From the NCBI GenBank assembly GCA_963827685.1, contig CAWHBU010000004.1, positions 224,001-288,000 on the forward strand: a stretch of DNA of 64,000 nt. The letters are read 5' to 3'. This DNA comes from an uncultured delta proteobacterium. GTDB taxonomy: Bacteria > Desulfobacterota > BSN033 > UBA1163. The notes beneath the pieces were generated by a model. The model was not told the DNA's origin. It was given only the letters and a program-made list of their open reading frames with translations, and ran no database searches. The position numbers and the translations under genes were made by a program. Each line of letters begins with the position of its first letter. Within the stretch, counting starts at the first letter, position 1. Positions 10,216-19,022 of this stretch are shown here, in pieces.

Positions 10216-11091
10216 CTACCTTTCTTCCTCGAAGGACACACCAAAGAGACCTTCCGGCCGTATGAGCAATACCAAGATCATAATGGAGAGGGCCACTGAA
10301 CCCTTTAGGTAGGCGCCCATGGGAGCCAGAAAGACCACCATTGCTTCTGCAAAGCCCAGGATGTATGCCCCTATGAAGCTGCCCTTGAGACTGCCAAGCC
10401 CACCCAGTACGACCACAGCCATCATCATGATCAGCGGGGGCGTCCACATGCCCGGTTCAAGTACGGTGAGGGGTACGACGATGGCACCTGTGAATCCGGC
10501 TAACCCAACGGAGAGGCCCATGGTCATCATGGCCACCTGGGCCTCGTTGATCCCCATGAGGTTGGCCACCTCCCTGTCTTGAGCAGTGGACCGGATGGCC
10601 AAGCCCATGTTGGTTCTCATCAGAAAGACCCACAGCACCGCCAAAATGAGCAAGGCGGCGCAGAAGGACAAGAGCTGTTGATAAAAGACCTTTACACCCA
10701 AGAGGGTAAAATACCCTCCGATGAGTGCGGGGACACTCAAATAGGTACCCGTGAATATCAGAGACATAATTTCCTGAAAGATCATAGCCAGGGCGATGGT
10801 GGCTATCAGTACGGCACCTTCATGCTCTCGGATAGGGTTGATGAAGACCTTATAGGAGATCATGCCCAACAGGGTGACCAGAACGATGGCTGCAACCATA
10901 CCCCAAATGGGATGAAGGCCCATCTTTTGGGTGACGACATAGATACAGTAGGCGGCCACCATGTAGAAGGCGGTGTGGGCGAAGTTTACGATGCGGGCTA
11001 CACCGAAGATAAGGGAAAACCCAATGGCGAGAAGGGCGAATATACTCCCATTGATCAAACCGTTTATGATGATGTCTATGACGAGAGCCAT
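10216..11091 (-). CDS. livH: ABC transporter permease (LivH-type)
   Basis: GFSLIFGVARIVNFAH, GLAIRSTAQD, VVLGGLGS, RPEGLFG. Confidence 0.9.
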   Translation of the reverse strand: MALVIDIIINGLINGSIFALLAIGFSLIFGVARIVNFAHTAFYMVAAYCIYVVTQKMGLHPIWGMVAAIVLVTLLGMISYKVFINPIREHEGAVLIATIALAMIFQEIMSLIFTGTYLSVPALIGGYFTLLGVKVFYQQLLSFCAALLILAVLWVFLMRTNMGLAIRSTAQDREVANLMGINEAQVAMMTMGLSVGLAGFTGAIVVPLTVLEPGMWTPPLIMMMAVVVLGGLGSLKGSFIGAYILGFAEAMVVFLAPMGAYLKGSVALSIMILVLLIRPEGLFGVSFEEER

Positions 11092-11125
11092 TATTACCTC
11101 ATCATTTCCTCAGAACACGGAAAAC

Positions 11126-11163
11126 CACCCGCCCCTTCGAGCTTCAGAGAGAAGGGGCGGGTG
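11126..11163 (-). terminator. stem-loop after the substrate-binding protein gene (terminator or mRNA stabiliser)
   Basis: CACCCGCCCCTTC ... GAAGGGGCGGGTG, a 13-bp perfect stem. Confidence 0.6.
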
Positions 11164-11179
11164 AACTATAGCAGATTAC

Positions 11180-12496
11180 TTATTTCTTATACTTCTCGAT
11201 CACCCAGGGCGGTAGCGTCATGGGGACGCTACCTTTGTATGTAACCTCAGGCGACTCTGGGGTCAATTTCCACTTGTAGGGCCAGACACCTAACAGCTTA
11301 CCATCCACCCATTGTGTAGCGACGCCTGTTGCGTACCCTGGTCCCCATGTTATGTCATGGAGGGGTCGGCCTTCGGCATCCTTCATATATTTTATTGTGC
11401 TGGTAGTGTTCTTGTACACACGCTCTTCCAAAACGGACACCAGCTTGTCGGGATCGAGGGTACCAGCCTGCTCAATGGTCTGCCCGAGCGCGAAGAGAAT
11501 AGCGTCGTAAGTGCCTGCGGTGTAGGTCGGCACCTCGCCGAATCTTTTCACATAGCCCTCGACAAATGGCTTTGTGAGTTCATTGACCTCAACACCACGG
11601 GCATAGGTATTCGAGGTAATGACATAGTTGCCCATCCCTTGGGTGGCCTGCCAGAAGCTATCCTTCTGGGCCTCCACATTGATGCCAACCTGTACGGCCG
11701 GGATCTTGAGTTCTCCTGCCTGTCTGGCAAAGGGAATCCCCACCGAGGAGGAAAAGATCATGAAAATGACATGGGCCCCTGAACGCTGGATGGCGGACAG
11801 TTCAGCTGAAACATCCGTGGCCACCGGAGAGGGTCTCCAAACACCTGCCACCTCCATACCCATCTTAGGGATGGCGCCCTCGCAAGCTGGGATCATCGGA
11901 TCCGCCCACATGGCCTTTTCCGCGACAACAGCGACCTTTATTTTAGGTATGTTTAAGGTTTGTCTCATTACGGCTGCGACGGTGCCCAAATGGATGAAGG
12001 CCGTTCTGACAAGGTATGTGGAATTGAAGGGGGTCATCCGGAACCAATACTTGTATGTGTTGTAGTTCTTGGCTACCCGCTCGCAGAGCTCATTATGGGC
12101 AGCCCCACAGCCGATAAAGATCCTCTTGTGCTCCATGGCAATGTCTTGCATGGCCATGACCGCCTCCGTCCGGAAACCGCCGACAACAAAGTCCACCTTG
12201 TCCTTCGTGATGAGCCGCTCCATGGCATTGGTGGCGTCCGTGACGCTAAGAAATTCATTGGAGTCTGCCTGAACAAGCTTGATTTTCATCTTTTTGTTGC
12301 CAACCTGTAGGCCCCCTTTGGCGTTGATCTCCTCGGCGGCCATGGTCGCCCCGTTCCAATGGCCCTGGCCCTGCACAAATTTCATCGGGCCGATTACGCC
12401 GATCTTAATCTCCTGCCCAAAAGCAACTGCCCAGGACGACAGCGCGAATAAGAAGACCATTGCCAATACGAAAATTCCTTTGTTTACCCTATTCAT
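11180..12496 (-). CDS. ABC transporter substrate-binding protein (LivJ/K-like)
   Basis: Signal peptide; IKIGVIGP, AAEEINAKGG; first gene of the liv-type operon. Confidence 0.88.
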   Translation of the reverse strand: MNRVNKGIFVLAMVFLFALSSWAVAFGQEIKIGVIGPMKFVQGQGHWNGATMAAEEINAKGGLQVGNKKMKIKLVQADSNEFLSVTDATNAMERLITKDKVDFVVGGFRTEAVMAMQDIAMEHKRIFIGCGAAHNELCERVAKNYNTYKYWFRMTPFNSTYLVRTAFIHLGTVAAVMRQTLNIPKIKVAVVAEKAMWADPMIPACEGAIPKMGMEVAGVWRPSPVATDVSAELSAIQRSGAHVIFMIFSSSVGIPFARQAGELKIPAVQVGINVEAQKDSFWQATQGMGNYVITSNTYARGVEVNELTKPFVEGYVKRFGEVPTYTAGTYDAILFALGQTIEQAGTLDPDKLVSVLEERVYKNTTSTIKYMKDAEGRPLHDITWGPGYATGVATQWVDGKLLGVWPYKWKLTPESPEVTYKGSVPMTLPPWVIEKYKK

Positions 12497-12694
12497 AGTA
12501 ACCCCCTTTCTTTTTCCGTCTCTTTTAATAAATCTTCAAAGGTTTGTCAATAGTTTTTTGTTTTTCTAAAGACCTATTCGCCGAAAGGTGGGAAACATAT
12601 TTGATCTTTCGTCGATGGTTCTTTTCATCAAGGAGATCACAAGTTGTAAAAGATGCACTCATATTTGGCCATCCCCTTAAGCATATGGTTTAAG

Positions 12695-13315
12695 TCAAAG
12701 GGGAAGTTCCTGCACTGCCTCTCTTCCCCTGTCAAAAGCCTCCATATTCAGCTGCAACTTGTGAGAAGGGAGCAATTCTTGGATCGTGTTCTGAAATGCC
12801 TCCCTGTGCAAGGGAAGAAGATCCAGGGCCGAAAGAGCTCCAAGCATCACGATGTTGGAGAAGATGGGATCGCCCAGTTCCAAACCTACCTCTGTGGCAT
12901 TGAGCGTCCAGACCCTACGGCTCAGTCTCTGAATCTTCTTCAGCACGACAGACAATTCCGGGTAAGGGGTATTGCCGGCGATCACATCGATGGGATAAAT
13001 GGGGCGCGTGTTGATGAGCATCAGCACTTCAGGGTTTCCGTACTGAGCGAGAACGCGTAACGCCTCTACAGGCTCCAATCCTATCACAAGATCGCACTTC
13101 CCTTCCGGAATTAAGGGAGAAAATTGGTCTCTTTGGGAGACCCGTATATGACTCATTACCGATCCCCCTCTTTGAGAAGCCCCGTAAGTTTCACCGATGG
13201 TGATGATATAGCCTTGCTGGACAAGCATTTGACCAAGGATTTGAGAAGCCAACACATTGCCCTGTCCGCCTACGCCAGTGATGATGATGTTCCAGGGGTC
13301 TTTCTGAAAGGCCAC
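12695..13315 (-). CDS. iorB: indolepyruvate:ferredoxin oxidoreductase beta subunit
   Basis: GVGGQGNVLAS, GASQRGGSVMSHIR, NIVMLGAL. Confidence 0.9.
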   Translation of the reverse strand: MAFQKDPWNIIITGVGGQGNVLASQILGQMLVQQGYIITIGETYGASQRGGSVMSHIRVSQRDQFSPLIPEGKCDLVIGLEPVEALRVLAQYGNPEVLMLINTRPIYPIDVIAGNTPYPELSVVLKKIQRLSRRVWTLNATEVGLELGDPIFSNIVMLGALSALDLLPLHREAFQNTIQELLPSHKLQLNMEAFDRGREAVQELPL

Positions 13316-15227
13316 TTAGATGTTCTCCTTTAAAATGGCTGACTGGGGGCAAATATCTGCGCAGACACCACACCCTGTGCAGATGGCCTCATCGATCTGT
13401 GCCTTTCTTGTGACTGGATCCCAGGTCAATCCCGGGCACTTGAAGATCCGCGTGCACCGTCGGTTACACCCGCAGTCTTGGCCAATGCATCGCTCTTGAT
13501 CCACGAGGACCTTGTATAAGGCCTTCTGTCGTTTAACCCGAACCAGCGCACACTCCTGTCTCAGGATGAGGACTTTTATCCCTTCTTGATTTTGCAGTAG
13601 CTCGTATATGGTTTCCGTGGTGTCTTGTACCTCGAACGGGTTCTTCACCTGCACTCGGGCTCCCAGGGCCTTGCATAGGGCTTCAATATCTACAACCGGA
13701 GCTTCAGCACCCATGGCTGTTCGACCTGTGCCTGGATGAGGCTGAAACCCCGTCATCGCTGTGGCGCTATTGTCCAGGATGAGCATTAGAAAATTGGACC
13801 GATTATACCGGGCATTCACAAGGGCTGGGATGGCTGCATGATAAAAGGTAGAGTCCCCGCAGACTGTTAAAACAGGCTGATTGAGACCAAATCTCTCAAG
13901 CTGCCCGAACCCGTTGGCCAACCCGACGCCAGATCCCATGGCGTGACACGTCTTGACCTGACCGAAACCCGCTGGGCGGACCCCTATGGTGTAGCATCCG
14001 ATGTCCCCGAGCACGATCCCATCCCGGCCGTCCATTGCCAAGGCGTTCTTGATAGACCAATAGGTGGCCCGATGGGGGCAACCAGCGCAGAAGCCCAATT
14101 CCCTTAAAGGAGCGAGTAGAGAGACTGCTTCCGCAGCCTCTTGGGCATATTGTAAAGATCTGGGTTCATAAGAGACTTTGAGGACTTGCTGGATTGCTCC
14201 TGTGACGATGTCGGGGTTGATTTCACCGATGTCCGGGAGGTTGCCCGATGCTTTGCCTAAAAAGGTCTTCACTCCCAGTTCAGCCGCCCTCTGAGCACAG
14301 AGTCTCCTTGATATTATTTTCCAGAAAGGGATCTACCTCTTCGACGAAAAGGATCCGGTTCGCTTTCTTCAGATGCTCCATAAGAAAAGATGTCGGGAGT
14401 GGCCAGGTCGTCCCCAGCTTCACGATCCCCGCCCGGTTCTCCACGCCCATGTTCGCAAGTGCCTCCAGCACATACATCCATCCTGGCCCGCAGGTGACCA
14501 CCAAAAGTTCCGGTCTTTCCGGGCCGCGGTAGAGGTTGAAAGCAGATTCTTCGAAGCGATCCTGGCATTTCTTAATTTTGTTGTGAAGGGCTTTGTGGGT
14601 CTCCATGACAGGCTGTGGGATGATTGGACGAGAGGTATCAAATTGAGGATTTTGTTGATTCTTTGTAATATGACCGAGCTCCGTGTTGCCCCTTGCGTGA
14701 GAAAGACGCGTGACGCTCCGGATCAGACAGGGGAGCCCCAGCTCTTCGGAGAGATCGAAGGCCCATCGGGTCATCTCCTTGGCTTCTTGAACAGTGGAAG
14801 GCTCCAGGAGAGGAAGGTCGCACATCTTGGCATAAAGCCGGGAGTCTTCCTCATTGGTCGATGAGAGGGCTGAGGGATCATCGCAGACCACTACCACCAG
14901 TCCCCGCTTGCTTCCCGTGAGATTTAGATTGAAGAGGAAGTCTGAGGCCACATTGAGTCCATTCTGCTTCATTGCCGTCAAACCCCTGAGCCCAGCAAAA
15001 GAAGCAGCCGTTGCCACCTCCAGAGCCACTTTCTCATTGACAGACCATTCCACGTAAATTCCCAATTCCCTTGCAACTTGAGAGAGGGAGCCTATAATCT
15101 CAGAGGAAGGATTCCCAGGGTAGGCTGCGCACACCTGAACTCCAGCTTCAATGGCCCCTCTTGCGATGGCTTCGTTCCCCATCAAAAGCGTCTTCTTGCC
15201 AGGTGAATCTTTGGAGAGAATGCTCAT
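13316..15227 (-). pseudogene. iorA: indolepyruvate:ferredoxin oxidoreductase alpha subunit, split by a +1 frameshift near 14303
   Basis: N-half has MGNEAIARG, YPGNPSSE, NEKVALE; C-half has CAGCPHR, GDIGCY, GDSTF and 4Fe-4S motifs. Removing one base from AAG GAG A CTC TGT gives the continuous KELCAQRAAELGVKTF. Confidence 0.85.
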
Positions 15228-16348
15228 GATCCAGCCTCGTTAGCGTCCGAGAGAATTCGCCCGATCAGCCCACGGGAAAGAGTGAGATAGCCATCCTCCA
15301 ACTCTCCCCGTTCCTTCAATCTTAAAAGGGCCCTTTGTTTCTTCAATAGGGAAGCCTCTCTTAAGTGCTTAAAATTTTCTTCCGGCAGGGGCTGGCTCTT
15401 TACTATCCTTGCCGCCTCGGCCTGGCTCAATATTTTCTTCCCCAAATCGGTTCGGATGATCACGGTGCTCCATCCCTGAATCCCCTCTACGGTTCCCACC
15501 GAAAGGTCCGACAACTCGGAGGTCATATCGAGGCAGATACCACAGGTTGTTCGAATAAAAGGCCGAATCTCATCTAAAGCGATATCCCACCTCTGATCAT
15601 TGTCTGTTATCACCTTCAGGAGTCTCTCAGGCGGTGGAGTGATATCCAGCTTTCGAATCCGGGCGCCATTGACCCGGTTCTTAAGATATTTCATGAAGGG
15701 GTCATAGGTCAGGGCCCATGTGCAGAAGAGTCCAACGATCAGTGTCACGCGGTCAATAGGGGTTGTTCTTTTGAGAGGCGAAGCGCTCATCTTTCGCATG
15801 GCCAATACTTGGCATGGAGTTCCTACCACACCGATCCGTTCCGAGTCCTTCCAAGGACCCTGATTTAAAGCTTGAAGGGTAGGGCCGGCGACATAACTGG
15901 AGCCTACACAGGAGAGGATCTCATTAGGACGGCGGATGACCCTCCCAAGGGGAAGATGATCCGGAGTCCGATGGGTCAGCACCGCCCCATTGATGAAACC
16001 TTCTTTCAAGGCAAACTTCATCAGAGCGGAGACAACTCCAGCCGTCTGGGCTTTCTGCCGCAGGGTAGGAGATGAAGCACGGACCATCTTGACCTGTTTG
16101 AACAGCCCCATTTCAATGTTTGAATAACTTTGTCCAAAGACCTCCTGGTGTATGGTCTCCAGATCCACCTGGGTACGGGGACAATAGGCAAAACAGCGTC
16201 CCTCGGCCAGGTCGCAATTGTCGAGTTTCACCAATTTTCCTTTCCAAGAGTGTAGATAAGGGCAGAGGGAAAGACACGCCCCGCAGAAGGTACAGTGGTC
16301 TCTCTGGATGACGCAAGATTCAAGCGCTTGAAGTCCCTTGTTTTCCAA
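15224..16348 (-). CDS. coenzyme F420 hydrogenase/dehydrogenase beta-subunit (FrhB) family Fe-S protein
   Basis: CTFCGACLSLCP, GVVGTPCQ, IVGLFC, CGICLDMTSELSDLSVG; TTG start uncertain. Confidence 0.82.
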   Translation of the reverse strand: MENKGLQALESCVIQRDHCTFCGACLSLCPYLHSWKGKLVKLDNCDLAEGRCFAYCPRTQVDLETIHQEVFGQSYSNIEMGLFKQVKMVRASSPTLRQKAQTAGVVSALMKFALKEGFINGAVLTHRTPDHLPLGRVIRRPNEILSCVGSSYVAGPTLQALNQGPWKDSERIGVVGTPCQVLAMRKMSASPLKRTTPIDRVTLIVGLFCTWALTYDPFMKYLKNRVNGARIRKLDITPPPERLLKVITDNDQRWDIALDEIRPFIRTTCGICLDMTSELSDLSVGTVEGIQGWSTVIIRTDLGKKILSQAEAARIVKSQPLPEENFKHLREASLLKKQRALLRLKERGELEDGYLTLSRGLIGRILSDANEAGS

Positions 16349-16429
16349 GCTTATCCCGCTTCTTCGTCACGAACGAATGAAGTAATACGCAAATTCGCAA
16401 GAATGTCCTTCGAACATAAGGCTTGAAAA

Positions 16430-16570
16430 AAATCTTAAATTCTAAGCACGAGATCTTAAACAAGCACGAAGATTCAAAATTCCTAATGTTCCAAACAAGA
16501 CTTTTTAAATTTAGAATTTTGGATTCGGAATTTGTTCAAGATTTAGATATTGGGATTTAGAATTTCCAAT
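16430..16570. repeat. AT-rich imperfect inverted repeat with ~7-nt periodicity
   Basis: A-rich arm (AAATCTT AAATTCT AAGCACG AGATCTT..) mirrored by a T-rich arm (..AGATTTA GATATTG GGATTTA GAATTT). Confidence 0.5.
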
Positions 16571-16607
16571 CCTTCCCTTTTGGGTCCGGTTCCAGTTCCC
16601 GCGCTTG

Positions 16608-17480
16608 TTATTTCTTAGAATAGTCGTACCAGCCCTTGCCGGTTTTTTCTCCGTAATGTCCCTGCGTGTATCTCTCTACGACACTCGGAACCGGAAGGTC
16701 GGCAAAGTCGCCGGTTCTTCTAAACTTCTCCATGGTCATGGTGTAGTTGAGGTCTATGCCCGTCAGATCCATCAGACGGAAGGGCCCCATGGGATGCCCC
16801 GCTCCAAAGACACAGGCCTTGTCGATATCTTCGGCGCTGGCAACGCCCATCTCCAGCATCCACAGCGCCTCTCTGCCGATGGCCCGAAAAATCCGATTCA
16901 GGAGGAATCCTTCCACTTCCTTTTTAATCAGCACCGGCACCTTTTCCAGCTTCTCACTGAGCTCCATCGTAATCTTGGCGGTCTCGTCCGAGACATGGGG
17001 TCCCTTTACCACTTCCACGAGTTTCATAGCCAGTGCCGGGTTGAAGAAGTGCATGTTCACGACTTTGGCCGGTCGTTTGGTGGCGTCAGCGATCAGAGAA
17101 CTCACAATGGCCGAGCTATTGGTGGCCAGAATGGCATGGGGGGGGGTCAGTCGGTCAAGGTCTGCAAAGACCTTTCTCTTGGTGTCGAGAACCTCTAAGG
17201 CTGCTTCGATGACAAAGTCGGCGTCTTTTGCCGCTTCCTTCAAGTCGAGGGTGAAGGAGATCTTCTTTCGCGCCGCTTCGGCCTGTTCCTTGGTCATCTT
17301 TCCTTTTTCAACCCGTCCGGGCAAATAGGTGTCGGCAAATTTTTCAGCCTTCTTTAATATATCCGGAATAATGTCAGTGCAGGTTGTTTTGTATCCATGG
17401 ATGGCACAGAGGAGCGATATTTGGTGCCCCATATTCCCGGCTCCGACTACGCAGATGTTTTTTATATCGTTGACGTTCAC
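16608..17480 (-). CDS. 3-hydroxyacyl(butyryl)-CoA dehydrogenase
   Basis: GAGNMG, ATNSS, MHFFNP, HPMGPF, GEKTGKGWY. Confidence 0.92.
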   Translation of the reverse strand: MNVNDIKNICVVGAGNMGHQISLLCAIHGYKTTCTDIIPDILKKAEKFADTYLPGRVEKGKMTKEQAEAARKKISFTLDLKEAAKDADFVIEAALEVLDTKRKVFADLDRLTPPHAILATNSSAIVSSLIADATKRPAKVVNMHFFNPALAMKLVEVVKGPHVSDETAKITMELSEKLEKVPVLIKKEVEGFLLNRIFRAIGREALWMLEMGVASAEDIDKACVFGAGHPMGPFRLMDLTGIDLNYTMTMEKFRRTGDFADLPVPSVVERYTQGHYGEKTGKGWYDYSKK

Positions 17481-17530
17481 GGCCTTGCTCCTTTCCTTTT
17501 TTGTGGTTTGAGAATTTCTTGTAATAAATT

Positions 17531-17583
17531 AAATTCCCCTCCCTGCCTACCAGCGGGCAGGCATTGAAAAAGGAGGGGAATTT
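17531..17583. repeat. nested REP-like palindrome
   Basis: AAATTCCCCTCC..GGAGGGGAATTT encloses CCTGCCTACCAGCGGGCAGG. Confidence 0.55.
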
Positions 17584-17621
17584 CACATTTTTGCAATTGA
17601 GCGAGTCTGGATGGCCGAAGC

Positions 17622-18884
17622 TTAAGGCTCTCTCTCAATGATAGTGGCCACCCCTTGACCGCCGCCAACGCAGGCATTGGCCAAACCATAGCGTCCACCT
17701 TTAACTTTTAGGATCCGGGCCAGGGTGCCTACCAGACGGACTCCGGTTGCTCCCAAAGCATGCCCGATGGCTGTACCTCCTCCCATCACATTCACTCGAT
17801 CTGGATCGATACCCAGCTCTTTGATGCAGTTCAAGGCAACGATAGCGAAGGCCTCGTTGATCTCCCAGTAATCGATGTCTTTAACTTCCAACCCCGCCTT
17901 TTCCAGGGCCATGCGGCTGGCAGGCACAGGACCCACCCCCATGATGGTGGGGTCCACTCCGGCGAATCCAATGGAGCGGATAGTCGCCATGGGCTGGATC
18001 CCCTTCTTCTTGGCAGTCTCCTTGGACATCAGGATCATTGAGGTCGCTGCGGCGTTCAAAGGGGAGGAATTCCCGGCGGTGATGACCCCATCGGGTTTAA
18101 AGGCTGGCTTGAGGTCTTTCATACCCTCCAGCGTAGCGTCATCCCGTATGGCCTGGTCTCGATCAACGACCATCATCTTTCCGTCTGCCTGCTCGGCTTC
18201 GATGGGGAGGATTTCATCTTTGAAAAACCCTTCTTTCTGAGCCTTGGAAGCCAGTTGGTGGGCGCGAGTCCCCCAGCGATCCATATCTTCTTTGGTAAAT
18301 TCCCTCAGAGTAAAAAGCTTCTCCGCGGTGAGCCCCATGTTCGCGCTCGTCATCATGTCCCAGTGCTTGTAAGCCGGATCTGTAAAAAGACGCGGGTTCG
18401 GAGAGACAGCTCCCGTTTTCGTAAGTACTCCACCCATGGGAACACGGGTCATGTGTTCCATGCCACCCACCAGCGCAACATCGGCAAAACCCATAGCAAT
18501 TTCCATGAACCCGATATGAATGCCAGCCATGGATGAACCACACTGTTGGTCGACAAATTTGGCGGCAATCGTCTCCGGCAAATTGGCCAGAAAAATGGGG
18601 TAACGACCGCCATAAGTCCACTGTTCACTTACTCCGATGGCCGATCCCACAATGAAATCATCGATTTCTTCAGCCTTAATCCCTGTCCTTTTAATCACCT
18701 CGGGGAGAAGCCTGGCCAAAAGATCGTCTGACCTAAGTTTATGAAACCAGTCTCGGGCAGGATCATTGGGCCTGGATCGAGACAGACCAGTTCTCAAATA
18801 TCCGGCAATCACTACCTCTCTCATTGTTTTGGCCTTCGCTGTTTTCCCCTTCGCTGTTTTCCCCTTCGCTGTTTTCCCCTTCAT
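17622..18884 (-). CDS. thiolase with a repetitive basic N-terminus
   Basis: DQQCGSS, NEAFA, GHALG, CVGGGQG; AAGGAGG RBS before 18884. Confidence 0.92.
   Translation of the reverse strand: MKGKTAKGKTAKGKTAKAKTMREVVIAGYLRTGLSRSRPNDPARDWFHKLRSDDLLARLLPEVIKRTGIKAEEIDDFIVGSAIGVSEQWTYGGRYPIFLANLPETIAAKFVDQQCGSSMAGIHIGFMEIAMGFADVALVGGMEHMTRVPMGGVLTKTGAVSPNPRLFTDPAYKHWDMMTSANMGLTAEKLFTLREFTKEDMDRWGTRAHQLASKAQKEGFFKDEILPIEAEQADGKMMVVDRDQAIRDDATLEGMKDLKPAFKPDGVITAGNSSPLNAAATSMILMSKETAKKKGIQPMATIRSIGFAGVDPTIMGVGPVPASRMALEKAGLEVKDIDYWEINEAFAIVALNCIKELGIDPDRVNVMGGGTAIGHALGATGVRLVGTLARILKVKGGRYGLANACVGGGQGVATIIEREP
18825..18882 (-). repeat. 15-bp tandem repeat (3 full units plus partials) encoding KGKTA
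   Basis: CCTTCGCTGTTTTCC repeated on the + strand. Confidence 0.9.
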
Positions 18885-19022
18885 CGTTTTTTTTCCTCCT
18901 TGGTTTAGTTGGTCTTTTAAAGGCAGCTAATAAGCGATCCGCTATCAGCCATGAGTTTGTTTTGTATTCTTTACGTTTTGCTTTATGCCTACCTGCGGTA
19001 AGCAGGCACCATGCACTGCGTT

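Noticed and set aside
10214-10447. N-terminal extension of the 424-aa LivM ORF
   Set aside because: It overlaps livH in another frame
14280-14282. Selenocysteine readthrough of the TGA in iorA
   Set aside because: The downstream half is in a different frame, so a +1 indel explains the break
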